From assembly GCA_964430735.1 (NCBI GenBank), contig CAYSFB010000004.1, positions 104,040-168,039 on the forward strand: 64,000 nt of DNA. Direction: 5' to 3'. This document shows positions 1-9,546 of this stretch, piece after piece. How positions within the stretch are numbered: the stretch's first letter is position 1; every line of letters begins with the position of its first letter. The notes under the pieces were generated by a model. The model had not been told where the DNA came from. It worked only from the letters and a program-made list of their open reading frames with translations, and ran no database searches. Source of the stretch: an uncultured Planctomycetia bacterium (GTDB lineage Bacteria > Omnitrophota > Gorgyraeia > 2-02-FULL-51-18 > JAGOUK01). The translations under genes and the position numbers were made by a program.

Positions 1-3000
1 ATCTGGCCGGATTCCAGGAAGTGAACAAGCTCAAAACCCTCAAGGACACGGAAAAAAATATTTCCTTCGAGAAGGCCAACCTCGAACAGGAAAAGCTCCT
101 AGCAGAACTCTCCTCCAAGGGCCTCAAAACACAAGTCGACGAATATCTCGCCGCGACCAAAAAAACCCGTAATCTCCAAGTCTCGCAGAGCGTTCTTCTC
201 GGGAATCTCATGGACTTGGCCAAGTCCCAGAGCATCGACACCGCCTCCTTTGTCGAACTCTCGCGCTACAGCGAGTACCTCAAGTTCTTCAGCGCCCTGG
301 ACCTGGAGCAGGTGATGAAGGAAGTGGAGCTTCTGGAAGACACTGTTTACAAGAACCTGCTTCCGGCCGAAGACGGCCGCAAGCTCCGCGCCGTCGACCG
401 CTTCGTGGGGCTTCTGAACAAGGCCTACCGGATCAAGATGTCCTCGCATGACTTCAGGACCTTGGCTGCCAACAAAGACGACTTCAAGACCGAGGCCTGG
501 GAAGCCTTCCTGAACGATCAGCTCCTGAAGCTCTCTTATTTTGATGATCTGGTTCCGCTGAAGCCCCTTCTGGAAGAAGCGGCCGAGCCCCTGTTCAACT
601 TCTACAAGCTCGTGGATCAGCGCGACGACGCCTTCCTGGAGAATACGGGCCGGATTCTGGAAGAAGAGAACGTCCAGGTCGGCTATCTCATCGCCGGCGG
701 CTATCACACCGAGAACCTGACCCGTCTCTTCAAGAACGAGGGCTACTCCGTCATCGTTCTGACTCCCGTCGTCGAATTCGAAACGGATCAGAAGCTCTAC
801 GAAAAAATGCTCCTCATGCCCTTCATCCTCGCCCAGAGCGAAAAGGAAAAAGAGGAACGCAAGCTGGCCAAAGCGGAAGACCCGGACGCCTCCCGATCGA
901 CGCTCGGGCAAACCCGGATGCTCCAGAGCCCTCTATCTGCTAAGAGAGCGGCCGGCGAGATGGACAGGTCCGGTCTTCCGTCCGAAGTCCTCCTCCTCGC
1001 CGCAAGACTCGCCGCCGAACCTAAACACGAGAATACAAAAGAGACCGTTGCGGAGGTGTTGGATAAATCGCTGGAACAGACTGCGAAAGATATGGTCAGC
1101 AGTTTGGTGTTCGATTCGCTTCAGATGGCTGAACCGCTGGAATATGATCCTGCGAAATTTGCCGAAGATCTGAAAAAGGTCCGGAGGCCGGACGGCGCCC
1201 GGCTGGCGGAGGCCGAAGCCCTGCGAGCCATAATGGCCGGCGAGAGATTTGATCGTCAGGGCCTCCCGGATGAGGCGGTCGAGCTTGCCATGAAACTGCA
1301 TGAAAAACTGACGGACGAAACGGGCCGGATGGACATGGCTCTGCTGTCCGATCTTATCGGTTTTATGCGGCTGATCGCTGATGAGTACACGGCTAATGTG
1401 TATTCGATCGACATGGAGGCGGTTGTAGCCGCGATCGCGAATGAAAACAATCGGATATATGCTTCTTATCCGAAGGAACTGGCGCTCATGAAAAGGCAGA
1501 AGCTGATCGAAATCAGCGAATTCTTGGAGAGCGAACCCGACATAGTTTTTGCCGAGGGACCTTGGAGATATCCGAACTTCAAGTATGGGGTGGTCAGAAT
1601 GCTTGAAAGGGCCGGCCGCGCGGCAGGCTTGGGGCAACGGAGTTCGACGAGCGGCGCTCCCCGCTACAGAAAACTGGTAATCGATTATCTGGCAAAGACC
1701 GGCGAGAGTGCCGCTTTTCAGGAAAAAGTCCTGAAGCTGTACGATCGACTTGACGACCTGGGGCAAAGCGGAGCTTCGTTTGGCCTCTTTCGGAACACTT
1801 TGACGCGTTTTGGATACGCTGCGGAAAAAGGGGACATTCAATTCGAGCTGGACTATTTTGAAGACAGATTTCGATCAGATTACCTCCAAGACGAAGAGGA
1901 GGAAAATGACGAAGAAGACGATGATGCAGATAGAGAAAAAGACGGCGTGAGTCGAAAGAGTTATGCCGAATTGCTTTATGAACATCAGATAGAGCTGCTG
2001 AACCTCTTCGTTTCGCTCACCCACGACGGCACGTCGCCCAAAAAAATCATCCATCTTTTGAATTCATCCATCAGCTACGCTGAAAATGAGCAATCCGCCA
2101 CCGAGTCCGGTCGGTTTGTGAGTCTTTCGCGGTTGCTCGCTTTGGGCGCCGAGTTTTATGGCGCGGACCGCAGGCTCTTGCTGATGCCCTCCTATCTTCT
2201 TACGGAACAGCATGCCTACAAGTGGGGGGTCTTGAGGACGATTGACGGCGAAGCCGTTCGTGCCGGACAGCACTCCACCGAAGTTTACGCGACCCGATGG
2301 ATTCCAAGAGGCTATTTCGGACTGTTTCCCCGCAGGATCAAGATTTTAAAAGTGGGAATTGATACGAGCAACTTCGAGGTGTGGGGCGCCCGGATGGCCA
2401 CCACCCAAGACATCAAGCTCAGCAGCTGGCAGGGCAGCAGCAGCATGCTCAAGATGCCCAACGGCGACATCATCAATCTGAATAAGATCGATGTGAAGAA
2501 GTCCGGCGTCCTGAAGGACGGCCAACTCACCGACGTTCCATACATCAGCTGGAAAGAAAGGGATGTGGTCAGAATCTCCTACGGCCCCAATGCCATCAAC
2601 GCCAAAGCCAACACCGAGTACACCGAGACCTTCCTTCTGACGGAAAGCAATTGGAAGAGATCGAGCTCGGCCTTTTACACCCTTCCCAACGGATTCATCG
2701 TGAACTTGAATAAGATCTCGAAGGAATCCGGTCTAAAAGAAAAAGGGGGTGCCGTTAAAGTTGAACAATACACCCTTTGGCAGAAAGGCCAAACGGTCGT
2801 GGTTCGGTACACGACGGAAGCGGTCGTAGGCATCAAGCTCACCGTAAACAGCGAAAGCTACTTTGATCAGGTGGAAGCGGTGCAAGGCGCCCGGATGGCG
2901 ACTGAATCAGATGCAAAAGCATCCAATGAGCTTGCCGATAAAATTATGGGAATTACCTTGGATCTCGAGAATCCGTGGGAGCAACGGCTCGATGCTATTT

Positions 3001-5237
3001 ACGCTTTGATCCGCGGACTTTCTTATGTCCAAATCGCCGGGTTGCTGCGCGCCTATCGTTCCCACGAGCAATTCACGGCGGATGATCTGCGCCTGGCCAC
3101 GGACAGGGCGATTTACGATACATGGATAGGTCGACGCACCGAGGCGGCTAAGGTTCTTATGCAGGCGAAATATCCTGCACCGGAAGCGGAAAAGATAAGC
3201 CGCATTGTTAGCGAGTTGGTCGAAGTGGCTCTGAGCCAAAAAAGATTACCGCTCATGGAAATCGTTCAGGAGAAACTCGAGGGCTTGAATCTGAGGGAGC
3301 GGAAAGCCGTGCACACCGAATACTACTCTCATTCGAACGATCCAGAGTTCCAACAAAACAACGCTTATTACGTCTTCATCGAACGAATTCTCAGAGAAAG
3401 AGCCGAACCGGCTATGGGAGAGCTGGAAGGAGACTTGATTGCCCCCATCGCGCCCTCGGACGGTTCCCGACTGGCCGCCCCCATTCCTTTTTATGCCGGC
3501 CTTCCCATGCTGCAATCCGTGTCCGGTGATCCCAGGGTATTGATGAACCAGGTGAATGCGCACCCTGATACGAAAGCGTTCAAGCAAGCGCTTGTTATGG
3601 CTATAAAAAATGGGGATTCGCGATTCGTAAAAAGTATGGGGATACCGTTAGGCGAAAATCAGACCCTCCCTGGAAGGTTTGAGATTGTTGGGCAGGGCAA
3701 AAGTCGCAGGCTGATGTATTTCGCTGATCGGGAAGATGGTTATCTGGTCATTTACGAGGCGAACCTTCCTGATGAAATCGATAAGGTCATTGCAAAGGCC
3801 ATCGATGATAAATTTGACTCAATGGATGATGTGATAAACGGATTGATCAAATGGGTCAAAACCGATAATGCCGCCCGGATGGCCACCACCCAAGACATCA
3901 AGCTCAGCAGCTGGCAGGGCAGCAGCAGCATGCTCAAGATGCCCAACGGCGACATCATCAATCTGAATAAGATCGATGTGAAGAAGTCCGGCGTCCTGAA
4001 GGACGGCCAACTCACCGACGTTCCATACATCAGCTGGAAAGAAAGGGATGTGGTCAGAATCTCCTACGGCCCCAATGCCATCAACGCCAAAGCCAACACC
4101 GAGTACACCGAGACCTTCCTTCTGACGGAAAGCAATTGGAAGAGATCGAGCTCGGCCTTTTACACCCTTCCCAACGGATTCATCGTGAACTTGAATAAGA
4201 TCTCGAAGGAATCCGGTCTAAAAGAAAAAGGGGGTGCCGTTAAAGTTGAACAATACACCCTTTGGCAGAAAGGCCAAACGGTCGTGGTTCGGTACACGAC
4301 GGAAGCGGTCGTAGGCATCAAGCTCACCGTAAACAGCGAAAGCTACTTTGATCAGGTGGAAGCGGTGCAAGGCGCCCGGATAGCGGGAATGGAAGGTGTC
4401 ATCCGATTCTTGGATTTCCTGTCGGTCAAATTCGAAGCTGAGACGGTGGTCGAGATCAGCGACGTCGGCGATCTGGCGCTTACGTCCGCGTTGGCGCGCA
4501 GGGGCGCGAATCTGAGAGGCGCGTCCAAGTCGCAGCTCGTGAAGTCGTTCAGTCCTTCGGTCAGCGGGATCACGGATGCATTGGGAATGCCGTTGTCTTC
4601 AGGCGATGCCGGCACGATCCGGACGACGCAAGCCGGCGGTCAAGCCGCATTTGGCATCGTCGGCGCCGGTGATCAGCTCGGGCAGCACAAGACGCTGGCC
4701 CGCGTCATATCCGGTATGGGGGATGCGGAAGTTCCCGTGCTTATCACGGTCAACGGTAAAACGGCCTCCACGATCAGCGCGATGTCGGCCAAGGAATGGC
4801 TGGAGTTCTTTTCTCTGCTCGAAACGCTCGTTGGCGGCAATATCTTCGTCGACATCGATGGGATGGGTGAAAAAGACACCGGACACCTTGCTCCCGAGAA
4901 CTCGCGGCAGGGTATTCTGACCGGAGCTGGACAAGGCGAGCTTCTCCGTCTCGGTCTGGGCGGGGCCACAGCCAGCGACGGGCTTCCGGATCCTCTGGCC
5001 CTTCTCGCATACGGTGTTTTGCTGCAAACGGATCCGGGCACCGAGGTTAGTCTGGCCGACCGTCTCGAACGGGTGCTTCCGGGCTCGACTCCGGACGTTT
5101 TGAGGGCCATACGCCAGCTTGCCGAGCAGCGCCAAAAAGAACTGGTATTGAGTCGTCCCTTCAAAAGCCTGTCCCAAGCAGAGCAGTTCTTCGAAGCCTA
5201 CGCGATCGTGCGGGCTGCGATCGTCTGGGCGGCCTAA
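1..5237 (+). CDS. Giant multidomain protein A, N-terminus outside window. It has the C-terminal half of a TraB/Tiki-like domain, an acidic stretch, and two identical ~166-aa beta-rich repeat modules.
   Basis: The ORF is open from the window edge and the track ORF 21-5237 uses GTG. Residues ~1-280 align with residues ~250-500 of the 2802-aa ORF at 44801, for example YLIAGGYHTENL...VIVLTPVVEFETDQKLYEKMLL against VLITGGYHTDHL...AVITPQVIHETDKRGYERLLL. There is a DEEEENDEEDDDAD acidic patch. No recognisable catalytic domain is present in the remainder. Confidence 0.6.
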   Translation, partial: LAGFQEVNKLKTLKDTEKNISFEKANLEQEKLLAELSSKGLKTQVDEYLAATKKTRNLQVSQSVLLGNLMDLAKSQSIDTASFVELSRYSEYLKFFSALDLEQVMKEVELLEDTVYKNLLPAEDGRKLRAVDRFVGLLNKAYRIKMSSHDFRTLAANKDDFKTEAWEAFLNDQLLKLSYFDDLVPLKPLLEEAAEPLFNFYKLVDQRDDAFLENTGRILEEENVQVGYLIAGGYHTENLTRLFKNEGYSVIVLTPVVEFETDQKLYEKMLLMPFILAQSEKEKEERKLAKAEDPDASRSTLGQTRMLQSPLSAKRAAGEMDRSGLPSEVLLLAARLAAEPKHENTKETVAEVLDKSLEQTAKDMVSSLVFDSLQMAEPLEYDPAKFAEDLKKVRRPDGARLAEAEALRAIMAGERFDRQGLPDEAVELAMKLHEKLTDETGRMDMALLSDLIGFMRLIADEYTANVYSIDMEAVVAAIANENNRIYASYPKELALMKRQKLIEISEFLESEPDIVFAEGPWRYPNFKYGVVRMLERAGRAAGLGQRSSTSGAPRYRKLVIDYLAKTGESAAFQEKVLKLYDRLDDLGQSGASFGLFRNTLTRFGYAAEKGDIQFELDYFEDRFRSDYLQDEEEENDEEDDDADREKDGVSRKSYAELLYEHQIELLNLFVSLTHDGTSPKKIIHLLNSSISYAENEQSATESGRFVSLSRLLALGAEFYGADRRLLLMPSYLLTEQHAYKWGVLRTIDGEAVRAGQHSTEVYATRWIPRGYFGLFPRRIKILKVGIDTSNFEVWGARMATTQDIKLSSWQGSSSMLKMPNGDIINLNKIDVKKSGVLKDGQLTDVPYISWKERDVVRISYGPNAINAKANTEYTETFLLTESNWKRSSSAFYTLPNGFIVNLNKISKESGLKEKGGAVKVEQYTLWQKGQTVVVRYTTEAVVGIKLTVNSESYFDQVEAVQGARMATESDAKASNELADKIMGITLDLENPWEQRLDAIYALIRGLSYVQIAGLLRAYRSHEQFTADDLRLATDRAIYDTWIGRRTEAAKVLMQAKYPAPEAEKISRIVSELVEVALSQKRLPLMEIVQEKLEGLNLRERKAVHTEYYSHSNDPEFQQNNAYYVFIERILRERAEPAMGELEGDLIAPIAPSDGSRLAAPIPFYAGLPMLQSVSGDPRVLMNQVNAHPDTKAFKQALVMAIKNGDSRFVKSMGIPLGENQTLPGRFEIVGQGKSRRLMYFADREDGYLVIYEANLPDEIDKVIAKAIDDKFDSMDDVINGLIKWVKTDNAARMATTQDIKLSSWQGSSSMLKMPNGDIINLNKIDVKKSGVLKDGQLTDVPYISWKERDVVRISYGPNAINAKANTEYTETFLLTESNWKRSSSAFYTLPNGFIVNLNKISKESGLKEKGGAVKVEQYTLWQKGQTVVVRYTTEAVVGIKLTVNSESYFDQVEAVQGARIAGMEGVIRFLDFLSVKFEAETVVEISDVGDLALTSALARRGANLRGASKSQLVKSFSPSVSGITDALGMPLSSGDAGTIRTTQAGGQAAFGIVGAGDQLGQHKTLARVISGMGDAEVPVLITVNGKTASTISAMSAKEWLEFFSLLETLVGGNIFVDIDGMGEKDTGHLAPENSRQGILTGAGQGELLRLGLGGATASDGLPDPLALLAYGVLLQTDPGTEVSLADRLERVLPGSTPDVLRAIRQLAEQRQKELVLSRPFKSLSQAEQFFEAYAIVRAAIVWAA
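2387..2896. repeat. First copy of a 510-bp intragenic direct repeat with perfect nucleotide identity to 3872-4381
   Basis: The same nucleotide string cgcccggatggccaccacccaagacatc...gtgcaaggcgcccggat occurs twice, 1485 nt (495 codons) apart and in frame. It encodes ARMATTQDIKLSSWQGSS...QVEAVQGAR in both copies. Confidence 0.8.
3872..4381. repeat. Second copy of the 510-bp intragenic direct repeat
   Basis: Identical to 2387-2896 at the nucleotide level. Each unit also contains two internal ~25-aa sub-repeats: LKMPNGDIINLNKIDVKKSGVLKDG and YTLPNGFIVNLNKISKESGLKEKGG. Confidence 0.8.
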
Positions 5238-5359
5238 CCGTTCCTCTCTATCGAATCGGCCGTGCGGATTTTCGTTCCGCATGGCTGATTTGATGTATAG
5301 TCAAAATAATTTTGTACTTTCTTCTTGAATTTTTTTTAGAAAAAGCTAACATCTTACGC

Positions 5360-5899
5360 ATGAAACACACACCTCTTACCTTGACCACCCTGACCATCAT
5401 CACGGCCCTCATGCTCGCCACCTCGGGTTGCGGGAAGAAGGCCGAAACCACGGCATCCCTTAACACCACCAGTGACCTCGAAGTTCTCGCCGGCCTCGGA
5501 GAAGGAGCAGGCAGCGCGCAGAATACGGTCGAAATCATTCCCGTGCCTCAGTCCCAGGCGGCCTTCCAGGGCGGCATGGATTCGACTCAGGCCATGATGC
5601 AGCAGGGCATCCAGCAGACCGGCCAGGTCGCGGCCGCCGTTGTCAGTGCCGCGGACGTGAAGCCCGGCACGGTTGAGTACGCCAAGAAGATCCAGACGGC
5701 GCTCAAGAACGCCGGCTTCTACACGGGCAACATCGACGGCAAGCTCGGTCCCAAGTCCAAGGAAGCCATCAAGGCATTCCAGGCTCAGAACGGTCTGAAG
5801 GCCGACGGCGTCGCCGGCGCGCAGACCTGGGCCAAGCTCGGCCAGTACTACACGACCTCGGCAGCAGCTCCCGCCGCCGTTTCGACGATCTCCGAGTAA
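5360..5899 (+). CDS. Lipoprotein with a C-terminal peptidoglycan-binding (PG_binding_1-like) domain
   Basis: The signal peptide and lipobox read MKHTPLTLTTLTIITALMLATSGC. The C-terminus ALKNAGFYTGNIDGKLGPKSKEAIKAFQAQNGLKADGVAGAQTW matches the peptidoglycan-binding repeat. The ATG at 5360 is preferred over the track start at 5312. Confidence 0.6.
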   Translation: MKHTPLTLTTLTIITALMLATSGCGKKAETTASLNTTSDLEVLAGLGEGAGSAQNTVEIIPVPQSQAAFQGGMDSTQAMMQQGIQQTGQVAAAVVSAADVKPGTVEYAKKIQTALKNAGFYTGNIDGKLGPKSKEAIKAFQAQNGLKADGVAGAQTWAKLGQYYTTSAAAPAAVSTISE

Positions 5900-5914
5900 C
5901 GGTCCGTTTCCGAA

Positions 5915-5948
5915 TCCCGGGAGACTTCGGTCTCCCGGGATTTTTTTT
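5915..5948 (+). terminator. Rho-independent terminator
   Basis: A tcccgggagac/ttcg/gtctcccggga GC-rich hairpin is followed by T8. Confidence 0.65.
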
Positions 5949-6052
5949 GCCCTCCGCCCCCGTCCAAAATATGATAAATTAGCCCCTCGACCGGTCTCAA
6001 ACCCCTTAAAAAAGCGCGGCTGTCCGACGGGCGGCCGGATGGTGATTTTTTC

Positions 6053-6724
6053 ATGTTTGAAGAATTCCGCAAAAAGATCGCGACGTTCCTTTTCTTCGCT
6101 CTCGTTCTGCTCGGTCTCGTCGTTTTTCTCAAATTCAAGGACTACTCCGACTTCAAGCGCATCGTCGCCGCGCTCGAGGCGGACTCCCGCGCCGCCGAAG
6201 TGCTCGTGACCGAGTCCAGTCTGGACGAGGCGACCGGCACGTTCACGACCACGATCAAATTCCTCGAATACGATTACAAGGGCGGGTCGCTGCCGCCGCG
6301 GTACTTCACGTTCCGGGGCAACCAGATCCAATTCCAGGCGCTCGTTGTCCGTTTTGAGGACGGCTATGTCGAACGCGGCCACCGGCTCAAGGGCAAGAGC
6401 GTCTACCTGTTCACCAAGGCCTTCGTCCTCGACGGCCAAAACACCCAGGAGTTCGTGATCACGCCGACCCAGGGCGTGCCGCGCGGCTACGAAGTCCCGG
6501 GCGCGCCGTCCGCGATGCAGAAAAAAATCTGGGCCAATTTCTGGTCCTATGTGTTGAATCCGAAGGCCCGCAAAGGCGTCGGCATCCGGAACGCCCAGAT
6601 CGAAGCGCCCGGCTCCGTGTTCGTGCCCGGCACTTTGTACGACATCCGGATCGAGCACGACGGCGGCCTGCGCATCGACGCCAAGCCGATCCCGGCCGTT
6701 CTGCGCGGCGAGACCATCCTGTGA
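6053..6724 (+). CDS. Hypothetical membrane-anchored protein
   Basis: There is an N-terminal TM helix ([17 protein letters not shown]) and the composition is coding-like. Its stop overlaps the uvrA GTG start. No homolog is recognised. Confidence 0.45.
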   Translation: MFEEFRKKIATFLFFALVLLGLVVFLKFKDYSDFKRIVAALEADSRAAEVLVTESSLDEATGTFTTTIKFLEYDYKGGSLPPRYFTFRGNQIQFQALVVRFEDGYVERGHRLKGKSVYLFTKAFVLDGQNTQEFVITPTQGVPRGYEVPGAPSAMQKKIWANFWSYVLNPKARKGVGIRNAQIEAPGSVFVPGTLYDIRIEHDGGLRIDAKPIPAVLRGETIL

Positions 6725-9546
6725 GCCTCCGCAACGACATCTACGTCAAAAACGCCCGGGAGCACAACCTCAAGGGCATCGACGTCCGGATCCCGCGCAA
6801 CTCGCTGACCGTCATCACGGGTCTTTCCGGGTCGGGGAAGTCCTCTCTTGCCTTCGACACGATCTACGCGGAGGGTCAGCGCCGCTACGTTGAGTCCCTC
6901 TCCGCCTACGCCCGCCAGTTCCTGGACCAGATGCACAAGCCGGACGTCGAGCTCATCGAAGGGTTGTCGCCGGCCATCTCGATCGAGCAGCGCAACGCGG
7001 CATCCAATCCGAGATCGACGGTCGGAACCGTCACCGAGATCTACGACTATCTCCGGCTCCTGTTCGCCTCCGTCGGCATCCCGCACTGCCACCGCTGCGG
7101 CAAACGCATCGCCAGCCAGAGCGCCCAGGAAATCGTCGAATCGGTCCTGAAGCAGGGGAAGACCGGCTGGCACCTCTCGGTGCTCGCGCCCGCCGTCGAA
7201 GGCCGCAAGGGCGAATACAAGACGATCTTCAAGGACATCGCCAAGCAGGGCTTCGTCCGCGTCCGCGTCGACGGCGAAATCCGCGAAGTCGGCGACAAGG
7301 CCAACAACACGCTCGACAAGAACAAGAAGCACACGGTCGAAATCGTCGTCGACCGGCTGGTGCTCAAGCCCGAGAATAAGAAACGCATCACCGACTCGGT
7401 CGAGACGGGTCTTAAGACCGGCAAGGGTCTGATCCGGGTTCTGACCGAGAACCCTTCCGACAAAAAAGAGCGCGACGAACGGCTCTATTCCGAGCTCCAC
7501 GCCTGCGCCGATTGCGGAATCTCCATCGACAAGATCGAGCCGCGCATGTTCAGCTTCAACAGCCCGTACGGCGCGTGCAAGTCCTGCGACGGTCTGGGCA
7601 ACAAGATGGAGATCGACCCCAAGCTTGTCGTACCGGACCCGTCCAAATCGCTGCGTGAAGGCGCGATCGAACCCTGGAAGCGCGGCGGCAAGTCCTACGT
7701 CATTTATCTCCGGCGCCAGCTCCGTTACCTCGCCGAAAAGAACGGCTTCAGCTACGACACGCCGTTCGGCAAGCTCACCAAGGCCCAGCAAAAACTGGTC
7801 CTCGACGGCGACGGCCGCGGCGTGGACGGTGACTTCGAAGGGGTGATCCCGAACCTCGAGCGGCGCTTCCACGAGACCGAATCCGAGTACATGAAGAACG
7901 AGATCAACAAGTACATGAGCGAGCAGGATTGTCCCGACTGCAAGCGGCGGCGCCTCAAGCCGGAGAGTCTGGCCGTGAAGTTCCGCGACCAAAGCATCAT
8001 GGACGTGACGGACCTCTCCATTGTGGGAGCGATCCAGTTCTTCGAATCGCTCAAGCTGACCGCGACCGAAGAGCAGATCGCGCGTCAGATCATCAAGGAG
8101 ATCAGCGAGCGCCTGACCTTCATGAAAAACGTCGGCCTCGACTACCTGACCTTGAGCCGCACGTCGGGATCCCTTTCCGGCGGCGAAGCCCAACGCATCC
8201 GCCTGGCGACCCAGATCGGCGCAGGCCTCATGGGTGTGCTGTACGTGCTCGACGAGCCCTCCATCGGTCTGCATCAGCGCGACAACTCCAAGCTGCTCAC
8301 GACGATGAAGCGGCTGCGTGATCTCGGCAATACGCTCATCGTCGTCGAACACGACGAAGAGACGATGCTCGAGGCCGACTATCTGCTCGACCTGGGTCCG
8401 GGCGCGGGGAAACACGGCGGATACCTGATCGCCGCCGGCACGCCGAAGGAAGTCATTGCGAACGAAAAATCCCTGACCGGCCGTTATCTTGCCGGCAAAG
8501 CCGGTATTCCCGTCCCGGCCAAGCGCCGTGATGCCAAGGCGGCCAAAAAGATCACCGTTCACGGCGCGCGTGAACACAACCTGAAGAACGTCACGGCCGA
8601 ATTTCCGCTGGGCCTCCTGACCTGCGTCACGGGCGTCTCGGGATCCGGCAAGAGCACGCTGATCGAGGACATCCTGTGCCGCGGCCTGATGCAGAAGCTC
8701 TATGATTCCAAGCCCAAGCCGGGCGTTCATGACAAGATCACGGGCATTGAACACATCGACAAGTGCATCGTCATCGACCAGTCGCCGATCGGCCGCACGC
8801 CGCGCTCCAACCCCGCGACGTACACCGGCATGTGGGGCCCGGTCCGCGACCTCTTCAGCCGCCTGCCCGAATCGCGCGTGCGCGGGTTCGACCCGGGCCG
8901 CTTCAGCTTCAATGTGAAGGGCGGCCGTTGTGAGGCCTGCGAAGGCGATGGCGTGAAGGTCATCGAAATGCACTTCCTGCCCGATGTTTACGTCGAATGC
9001 GAAGTCTGCAAAGGCCGCCGCTTCAACGACCAGACGCTCGAGGTGACGTACAAGGGCAAGAATATCGCCGAAATCCTCAAGCTCTCCGTCGAGGATGCGA
9101 TGACGGTGTTCAAGGACGTGCCCGCGGTGATGGGCAAGCTCCAGACGCTGCACGACGTCGGCCTCGACTACATCGAACTCGGCCAGTCGGCGACGACCCT
9201 TTCCGGCGGCGAGGCCCAGCGCATCAAGCTCGCGACCGAGCTCTCCAAACGCGCGACGGGTCGCACCCTGTATATCCTGGATGAACCGACCACCGGCCTG
9301 CACTTCGCCGACATCGCCAAGCTGCTCCAGGTGCTCCAGACGCTGGTCGACCGCGGCAACACCATCATCGTGATCGAGCACAACCTCGACGTCATCAAAA
9401 CCGCCGATCACCTGATCGATCTGGGGCCCGAAGGCGGGGACGGCGGAGGCACGATCGTCGCGCAGGGAACGCCGGAAGCGGTCGCCGTAAATCCCAAGTC
9501 TTTTACGGGCCACTACCTCAAGCGCGCTCTGGGGATCAAGAAGTGA
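6721..9546 (+). CDS. uvrA: Excinuclease ABC subunit A
   Basis: The N-terminus reads [58 protein letters not shown]. Two ABC modules, zinc-finger cysteines and LSGGEAQRI signature motifs are present. Confidence 0.95.
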   Translation: MSLRNDIYVKNAREHNLKGIDVRIPRNSLTVITGLSGSGKSSLAFDTIYAEGQRRYVESLSAYARQFLDQMHKPDVELIEGLSPAISIEQRNAASNPRSTVGTVTEIYDYLRLLFASVGIPHCHRCGKRIASQSAQEIVESVLKQGKTGWHLSVLAPAVEGRKGEYKTIFKDIAKQGFVRVRVDGEIREVGDKANNTLDKNKKHTVEIVVDRLVLKPENKKRITDSVETGLKTGKGLIRVLTENPSDKKERDERLYSELHACADCGISIDKIEPRMFSFNSPYGACKSCDGLGNKMEIDPKLVVPDPSKSLREGAIEPWKRGGKSYVIYLRRQLRYLAEKNGFSYDTPFGKLTKAQQKLVLDGDGRGVDGDFEGVIPNLERRFHETESEYMKNEINKYMSEQDCPDCKRRRLKPESLAVKFRDQSIMDVTDLSIVGAIQFFESLKLTATEEQIARQIIKEISERLTFMKNVGLDYLTLSRTSGSLSGGEAQRIRLATQIGAGLMGVLYVLDEPSIGLHQRDNSKLLTTMKRLRDLGNTLIVVEHDEETMLEADYLLDLGPGAGKHGGYLIAAGTPKEVIANEKSLTGRYLAGKAGIPVPAKRRDAKAAKKITVHGAREHNLKNVTAEFPLGLLTCVTGVSGSGKSTLIEDILCRGLMQKLYDSKPKPGVHDKITGIEHIDKCIVIDQSPIGRTPRSNPATYTGMWGPVRDLFSRLPESRVRGFDPGRFSFNVKGGRCEACEGDGVKVIEMHFLPDVYVECEVCKGRRFNDQTLEVTYKGKNIAEILKLSVEDAMTVFKDVPAVMGKLQTLHDVGLDYIELGQSATTLSGGEAQRIKLATELSKRATGRTLYILDEPTTGLHFADIAKLLQVLQTLVDRGNTIIVIEHNLDVIKTADHLIDLGPEGGDGGGTIVAQGTPEAVAVNPKSFTGHYLKRALGIKK

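Noticed and set aside
6547-9513. 988-aa ORF on the minus strand antisense to uvrA
   Set aside because: The plus strand encodes an unmistakable full-length UvrA. The antisense frame is Arg/Gly/Ala-rich, which is the typical stop-codon-poor artefact of high-GC DNA.
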